The notes beneath the pieces are model-generated. The model was given only the letters and a program-made list of their open reading frames with translations, did no database searches and was not told the origin of the DNA. This document shows, in pieces, positions 1-13,700 of a stretch of DNA of 64,000 nt (position 1 is its first letter; every line of letters starts with the position of its first letter). The stretch covers positions 310,001 through 374,000 of the forward strand of contig MU058287.1 of NCBI GenBank assembly GCA_013265495.1. Reading direction: 5' to 3'. The position numbers and the translations under genes are program-made. The DNA comes from Vicugna vicugna. Its lineage: Eukaryota.

Positions 1-2779
1 GTTACTGGATTTTTGCAAATAATATTCCCTGAGTTAACCTTCTACTAACAATCCAGTTTTTAGAACACAGAGTGCTCTATGATTCTAGCACCCATTAAGA
101 CTACAACTAAGAAAAAAAGACTTTCTCTGCAGGAGGGCATGAATGCAAAGCATCTCTCCAGTTCAGCTATGTGGAGGGTATGAACGTGAGCCCTAAAAAC
201 AGGGCAAAGCTGTTCACTCCCCTAAAAATACATATATTTTTTTACCAGCAGTATACTCTTTCAAGGAGTCTAGGGGAAACTTTCCAATGCTCTACTCTCG
301 GTAAAGGCAGGTTTCTCCTTCCTGCGTTCTCAGCCAGGAACAGAACCTGTTTTTCCTACTGTGTGCTTTCTCACACTTTATTTAGACATGAAGTTAAACA
401 GCTTAAAAATAACCGGGGATATATACATATTTGGGGGGATGTACCAAATATTTAAACATTAAAAAGATGATAGAGGAAAAATAACTTGGAGATGGCCCTG
501 GCATGGATCTTATATTAAAAGTGAACCATTACCTCTCGCCTTTCTCTGCCTACCCCCATTCTCCACAGGGACCCCCTCCTCCTCCTTTTCACAGATTTCT
601 GGCCACTTTCTAGCAAGGCAGTTTCTTAACTCATTATTTCTGCCCATTTGTCAGCCTTCAGCCCCTTCTCTCTATTCCTGTCCACACTGCCCCTTTCCCC
701 CACAACTTGCATTCTTTCTCCTTCCTTGAGACAGCAGGTTTCATACCCTAAACTGGGAGTGGTAAGCACTACCCCCGCTGTGAGTCTTGATCCCTTTTAT
801 CTAGAGAAGTGACAGGCAAGGGGGCCTGAGACAAGGGTGTGGACATGGGGACAGAGTGGGGCTGGGATTCGGCCAGGCCCCCTGCTAACCTGAACAGAGA
901 GCTTTTGTGTCCCCCATCGCAGGCGGATTAGAAATGGAAAGTCTTGGTCCCAGGGCGCTGGAAGTACTACCGTTAAATTGTTTGGGGATTGTTAGGTGAT
1001 TAGCATATTGATTGTGGCCACAGACCCCCAAACTCCCAATCTCCCCAAGATCCTTCAGCATTCCCTCATTTCTGTCACTGTCTCAGCCGTGGCCCTTTCA
1101 GTTAGTGAAAAGGAACAATCATAACAGACGAGAAAGGGCAGAAACGAATAGAATAACAACGCTCATGGACTTTTGTGACAAATCCCCAAGTTTACCTTCC
1201 TGAGGCTGAAAGAAAACTATTCTATCTGAAACAAAAAGGAAATGAATAGTGAGTTCAAATTGCGTAGTGCCTAGGCTCTCAAGCTGCAGAACCAGACAAG
1301 CCCCGCTTTGACCGCCAGCTCTGCGGTCCCTGTGCTGAGGGACCTCTTCATTAAACCCTCTAAGCCTGGGTGTTCTCATCTGGAAAATGGAGATGATAAT
1401 ATGCCCTTCCTCGTGGAGCCGTTGTACACAGGCAATGAGACAGCTATCAAGACCCAGCTTAGCATAAGGACTCAAGACATGGAAGGCAGTCCTGCTTTTC
1501 CAATGCAATGTGGTAGAAAGTAAAGGCTAACAAGAAGTGGAAGGTGTTTGCTGTCCTTCAAGAGCTGACAGTCTGATCAAAGAAACAGAAACACAAAGAA
1601 TAGGTAAATAACACCATGATTCAGGAAAAGACCAGTGTTACAGACAACAGCTATTGTAGGAGACGAGAAATTTGTAAACACTGAGGAAGAGTTTCAAGAT
1701 GCTATAAAGGGCACAGAATGTTTGCTTAACATTAAGATATCAAACATCTTTAGTGTACAGCCATTTCTATACTGCCTCCATCATCCTTAAGGTTCAGAGA
1801 TAGTGGAGTACTGCAGATGATTTTGGAGGACCAAGTCTGTGTCGACACAGATTGAAATTGGCCTGCATCTTAACCTTGTGCCCTAATGGCTATGGGGATC
1901 TTATTAAAGGAAAAATTGGAATAAGCTCTGAATAAGATAACTGTGGAGAGGGCCATGAGGATGCTCACCTCTGCCCCACGATCTTAAACAACCTGCAGGA
2001 ATAACCGATCACTCATCACACCAGCTCCTATTACCTCTCTCTCTTACGTGGTCTTCAGTTTAATCATCAAGTCAAGATCGTGTTTTCAGCATCCCCGTAC
2101 AGCCCTGTCCTCAAGTCCTGTGTGGCCTGCAAGGACCAGTCAAGGACCATGGATAAAACTATTACTTTTCCCTCAAACAAATACTTCACTATTAATAATT
2201 TTGCATATTAACAAATGTAAACTTAGATTAATAAAAAGAAAGAGTAGCAAAAGCACAAACTTAGCTGCATAAGGAAAAAGCCCATTATACTGCCTTGTGA
2301 AAATGAAGCTTGACTGTCTCTGGGCCATAGGTGACAGCTTCCTTGTGCAATCAGAAGAGGCTCTTATGGGTCACTCAGTGGGCAGGGCCATTAGGAAGTT
2401 CTGGGGAAAGGAGGTTAATCGTGCTCAGGGCATCTGGCAGGGATCTAGCTTGAACCAGACGCTGGGGCCGCTCTGTACTCTGTGCTTCTACCATGGCCAA
2501 TCTCTAGCTCTCAGGAGTGACTCAAAGTGGAGGAATGAGAATCCTCAGCTGATCCAGTGGACGAGCTTGGAAAGAAGAGAAAAACTCATCAGCACGTGGT
2601 TCAGACAACCATGCAGATTAGAATGTGGGCAGGTGCACTCTGGCATTGTCAGGTTCAACACACAGACAATGGACCAGGATGTCATGGTGATGGCCACTTT
2701 AACATGCGGGTTTCCTGAGCGTCCCCTTTGCCTGGTGTACTGAGAGTCCCCCCCCACCTCTCCTGCACTGGATCTTCTA

Positions 2780-3900
2780 TTTCTTCCATCACATCCCATG
2801 GTTCTTCTTGCTTGAGTTGCTCCCATTTTTGTACTTACATCTTCTACTAGCTTCATAAGAAATGACAAGTGGAAATGTTTTGAGACCTTGTATGTCTGCA
2901 AGCAGAAATGTTATTTTATCTTCACATTTGAATGAACAGCTTGAGTCAACGTAGAATCCTGGGTCAGAAAGTATTTTCCTTCAGAATTCTATCATTTTCT
3001 AGCTCCATTGTCTTTTAGCCTCAGTGTTGCTGTGACAAGTCCAAAACCATCCTGATTCCTGATACTTTATACCCATCTGATGCGTATCAGAGATTCCCTG
3101 TTTGTAGAATCTTCTTTTCATCATATTCCTGATGTGCCTTGGAATGCATCTTTTTCATTTATTGTGTTGAGTTGAGATTTCTTTCAAATCTTTTTTAATC
3201 CAGAAACTGATGTCTTTCAGGCCCAGGAAATATCTTGAATTATTTATTGGTAATTCCTTCCCTTCATTTTCCTCTGTCCTTTGTGTCTGAAAATCCTGTT
3301 GTTCAGATGTTAGACGGTCTGGCCTGACCTAATTCATCAGTCTTTCATCATTTATCTCTTTGCCTTTTTGTTTGCTCGACTTTTAGGGGAATTTCCTTAT
3401 TTTATCTTCAGAACTTTCAGCTGAGCTTTTCAACTGCTAATGTGTTTTTAATTTCCAAAATTTCTGTTCCTGAATGTTTCTATTTTATAGCACCCTATTT
3501 TTATTCTCTGGATGTGATCTCTTATCTTATTTCTTGAAGATGTTAACCTTTTAACTATATTCTTCCTTTCTATACAGCTTCTGTTGGCTACAAGTTGCAT
3601 CTGCTGCTGTTTTATTTGGTGCCTCCCTTTCATTTTTGAGCTTTCCTCAGAAGTGAGAGTTTTTGGTTGCCCATTAATGTTTAAGAGAAAGATACGGAAA
3701 AATAAGTTTGTATCTCTAAGTAGATGGAAGGGATTAACAACCAAATACTTCCACTAAAGGATTTATCTGTACAGTTTGATGTTCTTCAATTTCAACACCT
3801 GTAGGTCTTTGTTCTTTGATTGATCAGATGCCTTGAGAAGACTCTTTCAAACTCTGCCTAGAGGCCTGGAGGGTCCAAGGCCAAACTGCCAGTGATCTGG
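2780..3900 (-). mobile_element. Ancient HAL1/L1M ORF1-region relic
   Basis: Resembles HAL1 (ttttgagaccttgtatgtctg...tagaatcctggg...ttttccttcagaatt...gctccattgtctt); T-rich plus strand; degenerate K/E-rich ORF remnants on the minus strand. Confidence 0.7.
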
Positions 3901-3965
3901 GTATCAAATAAGGAAGAGGAGAGGGACGAAGGGTGTCTTAGCAATTGGGAGTGATAGTTTTGAGT

Positions 3966-4010
3966 TTGTGTGTGTGTGTGTGTGCGTGCGCTTGTGCACA
4001 CATGCACGTG
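3966..4010. repeat. (TG)n/alternating purine-pyrimidine microsatellite
   Basis: gtgtgtgtgtgtgtgtgcgtgcgc... Confidence 0.9.
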
Positions 4011-4028
4011 TGATATACATAGATAAAC

Positions 4029-4329
4029 TGTTTGGTCAGTTCAGCTTGCTATTACAAATACCATAGATAAGATGGCTTAAACCACAAATACTTATTTCTT
4101 ACCGTTCTGGAAGCTGGAAAGCCTAAGATCAAGGTACTGGCAGATCCAGTGTCTGGTAAGAGCCCTCTTCCTGGCTTGCAAAAGTCATGTTTTCCTTGTA
4201 TCCTCACATAGTGGAGAACACCGAAAGTATTCTCGTGTCTCTTCTTAGAAGGGCACTAATCCCATTCATGAGGGCTTCACCCCATGATAGACAGGTAGAT
4301 AGATAGATAGATAGACACATAGACACTCT

Positions 4330-4378
<49 letters not shown>

Positions 4379-4420
4379 AAGAGAGAGAAAATAAATCACA
4401 TAATTACCTGACCCAAAGCC
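4029..4420 (-). mobile_element. MaLR LTR (MLT1A-like) interrupted by (GATA)n/(CA)n/(GA)n microsatellites
   Basis: Typical motifs acaaataccataga...ggcttaa...gttctggaagctgg...aagatcaaggt...gggcactaatcccattcatgaggg. Confidence 0.85.
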
Positions 4421-5204
4421 TGAGATTAAAAAACGGTAAAGTGTTTGGGTGCAAATGGGGGAGACTAAAACTATATTGAGGGGATTCATATACATAATTT
4501 ATTATGACAGTCAAAAGAAATTTAAGTAAAGCCTTAAAACTCATAATCATTTTTTAAATACAAGATACATTATATTCTAGACTAGGCATGAGCAGAGAAA
4601 ATGCAGTTCATATTGCAAAATGCCATCAGTGCAGCTGATATAAAACATACATGTCACACTTCCTACTCTGTAAACAGAGATTGTACTTTCTCAGGCCCAT
4701 ATACAGTCCTGACAGAAATAGCTATATATTGACCCCCCCACTACACACACACACACACAAAAACCTCAATAAATCCCTAAAACAAATAGGCCATGGGGCA
4801 AAAAATAGTAGCCACTGAATTGTCCAAATGAGCTGGAAGAATTCACAGATAAGGTCTTTTTTTTAACTTACAAGTGTAAGTATAAAACTCCCAAGCGGAG
4901 ACGCAAGTGGAAAGCTTTCTAGACAAAGGTGGTGAGTGAACCAAGGTTTCTGGGACCAGGTGCGTAAAAAGGCAGGGGAGAGGTGGGAAATGAGGATGGA
5001 AGGCCTTTCCAGAGCTTCCATCCTCAAGAGTTTGGATTTCAGCTTGTGGGGGATTTTGAGCAGGAGAGTAGTGAGCAGATTTGCACTTTCAAGAGATGGC
5101 CCTCGTTTCATTGTGGAAGCTGAAAGCAGACCTCTGCTTTGGAAAAGTAAGGTAGGGCCTGGAAATGAGAATGAGGGGCCAATGGGAGAATGATTTACAA
5201 CAAT

Positions 5205-5395
5205 TCTGTGTGTAGAATTTTCTGCAATTTTCTGAATTTTCTATGTCTGCATTGTCTAGTGTGGGAGCCACTGGCCACATATGGCCACATAGCACTTGAA
5301 ATATGTATCGTGCAACCAAAGAATTGAATTTCTAATTTTCTTTCATTTTAATTAACTTCAATAGCCACAGGAGTTTATTGCTCAGTGTAGCTAGA
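5205..5395. mobile_element. hAT-Charlie MER3-like non-autonomous DNA transposon
   Basis: gtagaattttctgc...gagccactggccacatatggc...agcacttgaaat...gaattgaatttctaattt...aatagccaca. Confidence 0.75.
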
Positions 5396-5519
5396 AATAA
5401 AACTGTACAAGTGTGCAAGTGTGTGTGTGTGCATTTAAAAAACTTTTTAAAATACCTAAATGTGAATGCATTTTTTAAAACATTAAAAAAAAACCTTTAA
5501 ATACCTTAATTTTAAATAT

Positions 5520-5645
5520 CTTTATTTACTGGTAAAAAAAATTGCTTATGTTTAAAGTGCACATTTTGAGATTTTGACATATGCATGTACTATGAAACCG
5601 TGACCACTCTAAGACAGTGAGAGTATCCACCACTCTGAAAGTTGT
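5520..5645 (-). mobile_element. Old L1 3' end fragment (L1MB/L1MC-like)
   Basis: tttaaagtgcaca...ttttgacatatgcatgta...tgaaacc...tatccaccactctgaaagtt. Confidence 0.65.
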
Positions 5646-6541
5646 ATATAAAAATAACCCACCTGAAAAACAGATGCTGGATAAACATTAAAGGGCAATA
5701 AATTATATCAGCTGCTTCTTTTTCTGCTCAAGGATAAAAATAGAGAAAAAAATTTACGCCTTTTTTGGTTCTCTGGGGTTTTTTTCTTTTCAATTTCAAC
5801 ATTATATAAAGAATCTTACAGCTAAGGTGAAAGTTCTGGAATGAGACTGGAAGTAAGAAACCCACTCAGACACAGGAACTGTTAGAGGGCACAGAAGAGT
5901 AGGAGGTAGCTTCCATACCAGGCTCTTCACTTTGCCTCGGGAAGAGGTGTCAGACAACCTGAGAGCTTTGTCTGCATGCAATCTGGGCTACTTTCAATGT
6001 ATTACCATTAGGCCTCCACTTGGAGAATTCTGTTGTCCTTGGAAATTTCACTTGAAATTAAGATTTTCTGAATAAAATGTTTCTTGTGTGGTTTTTTTCA
6101 TCACATAGGTATTACCACTTAAACATCTGCATAACGTAAGATTTCTGTCTGGAACATATGTGCTAATACAGTAGAGTAAGCTATTTTCAACATTTCAGGG
6201 AAAATGAAAGAAAACTATTGGAAAAAAATAGTTGATGGGGGAGCATTTTCACTTTTTAAAAATGAAGAGTTTTTTTTTTTAAATTTTAGAACTTATCAAT
6301 CTTAAGACACATTTTAGTCTTGGCTCTGAGGCTCACAGAGTGTGTCTGCAGAAGCTCACTTGCCACAGGACTGCGTGCTACTAGACACTCACCCCCAATC
6401 CTGAGGGATTTTTAAATCAAATTCTTAAAAATCCCTGAAAAATGTTCATGATGACTTAGGAACTGTCCTTCGAAGCTGATATGGGCCTCTTCATTTAAGG
6501 ATAAGGATGAGAGAATTCCTTTTGTTAAAAAATAGATTTGT

Positions 6542-6634
6542 AGGAGGGTGTGGGTGTAGCTCAGTGGTAGAATGAATGCTTAGCATGCACAAGGCCCTGG
6601 CTTCAATCCCTGGTACCTCCAGTGAGAGAAAAAG
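6542..6634 (+). mobile_element. tRNA-Ala(AGC)-derived SINE (camelid vic-1-like)
   Basis: A-box TAGCTCAGTGG, anticodon loop TTAGCAT, B-box-like CTTCAATCC, A-rich tail. Perfect 12-bp TSD aaatagatttgt at 6530-41 and 6635-46. Confidence 0.9.
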
Positions 6635-7270
6635 AAATAGATTTGTGGTTAATCCAGGCGCACTGCTTAATCCCAGTCTTCCATTTTCCTTCACTTCATA
6701 AACTCCCTCCAGCCCTGGACAGAGCATGCTCTCTGCGTGCCAGGCACTTTCCTAAGAACTGGAGATACAACAGTGAGACAATAGCAACAAATCCTCCCCG
6801 ATCCTGACTGACATGGGTAAGACGGATAATTGAACCCAACAGCAGTGAGTGTACAGTAGGTCATATAAAGAGAAGGACTGAAGGGAAAATAAAATTGAAT
6901 AAGGTGTTAAGAATTGTCAGAGAAATGGGAATTGCTATCTTATACAATTTTGTCAAAAACTCACTAAATTCAGATGGAATCAAATTTCTGCAGTTAGTGG
7001 GGGAGGTAGCCATGTGGAGATTTGAGGAAAAGGCCCCAAGGCAAAATTTCCCTTGGTACGTTTGGGGTTGGCTGAGGCAGAGCAAGCCAGAGATCAGGGA
7101 GAACGAAGAGGGTCAGATGGTGTAAGGCACAGCAGGTGTTATTACAAGGACCTGGACCCCAAACGAGATCAGAAGTTTGGGGCAGGTTTCAAGCAGAGCT
7201 GTGACGGTATCTCACATATGTCTTTAATGGACTTTTCCGAGGCTGCTGTGGCAAGACTAGACTTAACATG

Positions 7271-7702
7271 GTGTGGTAGGCAGAATAATGCCCATGGCTT
7301 TATCCCTGGAATCTCTGAATATGCTATCTCACATTGCAAAAGGGAATTAAGGTTGCAAATCAGATGGGGAGAAATATGGAGATTATCCTAGACTAACTAT
7401 CTGGGTGGGTCCTTATTATAAGTGAAAAAGGGGACCAGAAGAGTGAGAGTTATGCAAAGTCAAAGACTTGACCATCATCACTGGCTTTGAAAATGGAAGG
7501 GAGCTATGAATCAAGAAATTTGGGCAGCTTAGAAGCTGGAAAGGGCAAGGAAATGGATTCTTTCCTACAACCTCTAAAAGGAATGCAACCTGCCAGCACA
7601 TCTTAGATTTCCCATCTCCAGAAATGTGAGATCACAAATTTGTTTTGTTTGAAGCCACTAAGCTTGCACAAGTTGTTACAGCAGCAATAAGAAACTAATA
7701 GA
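7271..7702 (+). mobile_element. MaLR LTR, MLT1D-like
   Basis: Begins tgtggtaggcagaataatg and ends gttacagcagcaataagaaactaata; contains agaagctggaaagggcaaggaaatggattct. Confidence 0.88.
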
Positions 7703-8422
7703 TAGAGATGGAGTGCAAAGGAGGAAGCAGAGACAGGCCACTGGGCATTTACCATGTTCCAGACACCAGGTTAGATGCTGATGATAAAAAGAGAAAAGAT
7801 GTGATTCCTATCATCAAAAAGCACACAGTCTAAAAGAGAGAAACATATAAACAAGTAATTTTAAAAGACAGTAAACACTGCAGTGCAGACGTCCATGTAA
7901 GGCTCATTCCTGCTACAAAGGGAGAAGTTATCAGTGGCCGTCTTCTCTTTGGGAATGAGGAAAGTTTTTCATAAAGGTTCCAGATGAATGTTGAGATAGT
8001 AAAAGGACGACACATGTCGGACAGTAGAACCAGCACATGCCAAGGCCCAGAGATATGAAATAGGGTGGTGTGGTCCAGCACTATAAATAGTTGGGAGATT
8101 GTGCCTATGGTGGAGCAGTGGGAAATGAATTGTGAGTCACACAGACCATGAACAATTTTCCATACTAAGAACTGTAGACAGGGGCATAATTGCAATAATT
8201 GGAGGAGATTAATTCTGGATTTGGTCTGTTTTTCAAAAGATCATTCCAGTGGCAGTGTAAAGCATGTGCTGGCTAAGAACGAAGTCCAGGACTGGAAAAA
8301 TAAAGACTCAGAAGAAAGAAAGATACCGGAGTGGTAGGCTGAGTAGTATTCAATGACTGGACGTGGGTCTTGGAAGGGAGCGAATAGTCTAGCCTTACTC
8401 TAGGATTTTGGTTTGGCTGATA

Positions 8423-8900
8423 TGTCAGTTAGGACTAGGTTTGGCTGTGAGTAATAAAGACAAAAAAATAGTAAAGTTTAGAGAAAACTTATGCTTAACT
8501 TCTTGTGTGTAAGTCCAGAAGTCGGCAACGTAGGATTGGAACAGCTCTGCTCCTTAAAGTCCTCAGAGACCCAAGCTCCTTCCTGCACACAATTCAGTAT
8601 TTCCAAGGTGTGACCTCAGTCTTGTGGTCCAAGAGGGAAGCTCAAGCTCCAGTCATCGCAGTCACATTCCAGGCAGCAGGACAGAGGAAGGAACAAAGAA
8701 AATAAGGGCAAAGGAAGGATATTTTAAAGGTTTTCAAAAGCTGCCACATGGCACATCCATTTGCATTTTCTTTGGCCAAAACTTAGCCCCAGAGAGATTG
8801 GGAAAGTAGCCTTTATTCTGAATGGCTAGTCCAGCTAGAAAGTTAGAATTCTATTACTATGGAAGGAAGGGAGAATAAAGTAAGGGTGAGACAACAGTAG
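8423..8900 (-). mobile_element. Old MaLR LTR (MLT1J/K/L-like)
   Basis: tgtcagttaggactaggtttggctgtgagtaa...gacccaagctccttc...cacattccaggcagcagga...ttggccaaaacttag. Confidence 0.65.
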
Positions 8901-10519
8901 CTTTGTCCCAGGGGATCGTTGGATGATGTTACCGTTGAACCAAATAGAGAGTAAAGAAGGAAGAAGTGGAGACAAAAAGGAAAAACTTGGTTTGTGCCAT
9001 GTTGAGTTTCATGGGTTCCAAGACTATAAAAGTGGAGCTGTCCAGTGATTGTTGAAAAAAACAAATCTGAGGAGCAGGAGCAAGAACTATCCTAGAGGTG
9101 GACACCGCTGTAACTCAAAAGTAAAGGTGAGTTCATCCAAGTAGAATCTAGAGAATGTCAAAAGAAAAAGATCAAGAAGACCCCAGGCAATGTCAATATT
9201 TAGAGGAAACAAAGGAAAAAGAGTCGGCTAAGGCACAAAGAGAAAGGACCACAAGAATGGTATCTCGGAAGCCACCGGAGGAATGAGTTTCAAAAATATG
9301 GAAATAGTCAGCAGTGTGAAATCTTAGAAAGGATGAGGAAAGGAAGATCAGTTGGAGAAGGAACCGTACAAAGGAGTAGGAGGTCATCGTAAAGACTGAC
9401 AAGATGATTTCAGAGTTGTGGTGAAGGTAGAAGCCAGACTGAAGAGAGTTAAGAAGTAGCTTTTCTGCTTTTTAATGTGTTGAAAGTATAGAAATATTTT
9501 ACAGATGAAAAGATTTGCAAAACAGAAACCCAGGGTAAAAAAAAACTTTCACATGTAGAAGACACATGTAGAAGATGATTTCATTTAACCCGAATTTCCT
9601 TTTGAATCAAGGAATGGTGAATTCAGAGGAAGGAGAGACAAGTGTGTCCTGCAGTCACTGTTCCACTGTTACAGCCCCCATGTCTACCCACAGGTGCTGC
9701 ACAAGGGGGCGGTAATCCAAGAGCTCATTTTGGCCTCTAATTTCATTTTATACATATTCTCTCTAATCCTGTCTCCCTTGACATCACCAGCTCCCACTCC
9801 CTCGCTGATCTCCCCCACCCCAAAAACCTCACCCTACCCCCAGCACAAAAACCTCACCCCACCTCCACCACCACCACACATGGCTGCCCATTCACATCCT
9901 GTCCCTGTCTCTCTTCGCTCCTGTCTTCCTCAGGGATAGACACAGAGTTCACTCACAGAGAACACTATTTTGTTTTTATTTTTTAAAAAAAGACTTGTAA
10001 TCAATTTCCCCAGGATAATAGAGTCAGAAAAAATTGTAACAGATGGAATCATAATTGGATTCTTAGGGTTTAAAGAACTAACTTTGCCACCATAAGAAAC
10101 TAGAAAACCCACCAGGACATGGGACTTTCAGAGCCAAAACCAGGGTGTCCCAGGAAAACTCAGATAAGCTGGTCACCCCCAATGGGAGCAGCAGGACCTG
10201 GGGTCACAGGAGGATCTTGTTACTCTCCGTTTTTCCCTTTCTCATGGCAGTTATTCAGAAGTCTTCTCTCTTCCCTTCTTGCTAGTAATAAATCAGTCTT
10301 CTGTGATCCAAAATCCTAGGAGGAGCCAATCTGAATGATTTAGCAAATAACCTTTGCCCAACCCATCCCCCATACACACACACATGCAGACCAGTTTCCC
10401 TCCCAGCCTAGGAGTGGGCTGCTTTTGGGTCAAGTGACTGCCCCAACCAATCTGTGAGCATCTTTTTATAAAACCAGCTAACAAATTTCCTGAGACTAGA
10501 ACTTCCTTTTATAAGTTCT

Positions 10520-10776
10520 TGAGGCCTCTCTCCTTGGCTTGCAGATGGCTGTCTTCTTGCTGCATCTTCACATAGCCTTTTTCCTGTGTGCACACATCCC
10601 TGGGATTTCTCGCTCTCTTATTCTAAGGACCCTGGTCATATTGGATTAGGGTCGCCCTTAACGATCTCATTTAACCTTTATCACCTCTTTAAAGGCCCTA
10701 TGTCCAAATATGGTCACATTAGGAGATAGAGCTTCAAATTGTGAATTTGCAGAGGACACAATTCAGTCCATGACAG
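10520..10776 (-). mobile_element. MaLR LTR fragment (MLT1B-like)
   Basis: ctctctccttggcttgcagatggctgtcttc...gtcatattggattaggg...ggacacaattcagtccatgaca. Confidence 0.85.
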
Positions 10777-13700
10777 TCAACGTTAATCCTTGTTTGCGTG
10801 GGGGAACTGCCCCCTCCCTCTCAGCTTGCAGTTCTGGTGGGATCTGTCTGTTACAGTGCTGCGCGCCTCCCCTGGCCACTGGAGTGGGCTTGTGACCAAG
10901 GCAGGGCCTCTGATAGCAGTCCATCCCTCTGACTCTAAACATTAGCCACAGATGAACAATTAAGTCATGTTAAGCCATTAGAGTTCCCCTCTCTAAGTTC
11001 TAACTTTTTAAAAACAAGATCTTGCCTTTTATTTTATACAAATGGAAGGCTATGAATCTGGAACAGCAATATTTTGGCCACATGTTTTTACTACACGTTG
11101 AAAGCCTGTATGTAGGAGTACAGAATTAAACTGATGCAGAGAAAGAAATGGAGAAAAAAAAATGTGGGAAGGAGAGAGTGAAAGGAACCTAGTGTTACCT
11201 AGACCTTGGTTCTTGACCTGATGCCCCTAGTCGGACTCCTCATTTACACAGCTCTTCTCCTCTGAGAGCCACCCTGGGTTTTTCCAATAATTTCCCCTTT
11301 TTGGTTAGGCTAAGTTCCAGAGTGAGTTCTCTGACTTAACTGAATACACATGAGGACTAATATGTTCCCCCATTTCCCACCAACTCCTCCTCAAGGTATA
11401 CTCAGGTGGGAATAAGTATAATAATCATGTCATTCTGGGCAACTGGGCATCCATAACAGATACAAGAGGCTTCCTTGTGGTCAGGAACTCCAGACAAATG
11501 AGTACATAGCACCCAACAACTGTTTTGGAGGAATGAAGGCAACACCCTCTGAAGGTCTAAGGTTCAGATGTTTGAGAAGATAGAGAAGAGTAGGATACAG
11601 AAGTCTGGGAAGATATAGAAGTATACAAAGACACAGACAGAAGTCTGGGGAGAATTGTGAACATGGAGAAAATAAGACCAATATAGAGTTCTACTTGAAT
11701 TATAAAAAAAGGGAATTGCTGAAGAAAAATTGAATGAATCACCTTACCAAATAAGATAATTCACTGGGGCTTTAAGAATTGCTGTGGGGAGATATCGATG
11801 GTCAGGATGACCCAATGACACTAACTGTAATTCCAAACTCTTTGGCCATGGTGGTTGCCATCAGACACTAACAGTTCATTTCACTCAAACAAGTAATTTT
11901 TGGATACCTATCAGGGACCCAGATAAAAGAATGCAAAAGAAACATGAGGCAAAGCTCTAACCCCAAATGCTCAAGTGTTCTGGAGGAGACATGACTTGGC
12001 ACACGCGAAACACAGTGATTTAGGAGAACATAATCACAGGCCAGAATGTAGGCTATTCTACCTCCAGATTTCAGTAATAGAAGCAGCTGAAGGCTTTTAC
12101 ATCTCCACTTACGACTTTAGAGGATTCTCTTTCCTAAATTGGACCAGCCTAGAAGGGAAAAATGTAAAACCTTGAGTACTACCAATACGTTTTGCCCACC
12201 AAAAACTCAATATATCCAAACCTGAACACACAGAATGAAATTAACTTTGGCCGATTGGTAAGCACTAGAGGGCTTCAAACATTATCTGTACCCGCCTCGG
12301 CATTCTAACATGAAGTTGAACACAGAGGATGTCCAAGGATGTTGAATTACCTTTTACCCACACGATCTGGACCTGAGATCATGTGGATAAAAATGACAGC
12401 AAATAAAAAGAGTAAGAGAATAAATATAAAAATATTATAACTTTGTGCTTTCTAAAAAGAAAAGTTAGAAAAGAGAGAGCTGTTTGCTTTAAATTTCACA
12501 AGTAGTACCTCCAAAAGCTTTTAACTGTTCTTTAATATTTAGAATCTAAAGGTGGAAGTAAAATTAGGATAACGTAAATAATCCATTAGCAAAGCAAACT
12601 CATCCATGATTGAATGCCTGAATGAACAAAGGTTAAGTTAAATGATTCTGAGGGCTGTTTTTATTATTCACAAGTTTCTAGGGAAGGAGGAAACTGTTTA
12701 ATCGTACAATTGCTCAAGTTGTACTGCAGTGCAAGTTTCAATTCTCTGTATCTTTATACAATTGTAATTTTAAAAAAAGACATAGTTTCATCAGAAAAAA
12801 AAAGCTGTCCTAATACAATACAGAAGTATGCTCTAAGTCAAAGCTTGCTTTCACACCCATGGAGTGAAAAAATTTAACTTAACTGAAACAAGTCAAAACA
12901 TGCTCATTATTTTGTACACTCATGTGCATGAGTGTGATGTTTCATATTACTTTTCCCAGGCATCTCCCAAACTCTACTGGATTACATTTTGTCTACATAG
13001 TTAAAAGTAGGAGAGTTGCACTCTCCTAATCTGGTGGTAGTTTTTTATGCAAATTCAGGATTAAAGAGGTTTAGATTCTTGCCATCAAGATCTTTGGAAC
13101 ACATCAATGAGTCTTCACAGATTTTCCTTCATTAGAAATTGTACACCTGAAAAGATCAGGGAAAAAAAGGACATCCTGTATAATTAGAGTTTTTGCAGAT
13201 CCATTCTCTGAGTGTTATAGACATCCCTCAACTTAATTCTAACACATTTAAAGCATCTGAAGAAAAAAAGGCGAATGGATCCCATAGCAGCTTTGGGTAT
13301 GTCTCTCATTAATTACTATTTTTGTGGGGCCATAGAACTTCCTGTGGTTAATGGCTAACACTGTCCAGTGGCCTGCAGGACAGGTGGCAAACTCAGACTC
13401 CTTAGGGCTAAAAAGAGACTTGAGAAATCCAGTTCTCTGTCTTTAGGTAGAAGTGGGGAAATATAAGATGCTATCAAATTTTAAGACTTTCAAGAGAGTA
13501 GATTCCGGGACATAATAACAATAACTCCCCCAAAACTTCAATGTCTATCAACCCTCATCATCAACTCACGTTGTCATTGTCAAGATATTTTAAATCTGTG
13601 AGCCTGGAAAATAGATGCATGACACAACTAATCTCTGGACGTCAACACATCTACCAGTTGTGTGACTCCCTAGAAAATATACATATCTCATATGTGCAAT

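Larger units (their letters stand above)
6720..9460 (-). mobile_element. Fragmented L2 relics (interrupted by LTRs)
   Basis: Purine-rich L2-type segments such as gtgccaggcact...ctggagatacaacagtgag, cagcacatgccaaggcccagag, aaaagatcattccagtggcagtgt. Confidence 0.6.

Noticed and set aside
1..2700. Possible 3' exons of AIG1, expected upstream by human synteny
   Set aside because: No AIG1-like coding sequence was recognised; synteny alone is insufficient and the gene probably ends before the window.
2297..2901. Overlapping 148-aa and 118-aa ORFs
   Set aside because: No recognisable protein family or exon structure, and the minus-strand ORF runs into the HAL1 relic.
6542..6620. Apparent tRNA-Ala(AGC) genes (also ~18030-18100 and 28549-28624)
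   Set aside because: Extra 5' bases, imperfect stems, A-rich tails and TSDs mark them as SINE copies rather than tRNA genes.
9550..9575. Short local duplications (13 bp here; similar ones at ~29746, ~30580 and ~46429)
   Set aside because: Ordinary slippage duplications with no sign of function.
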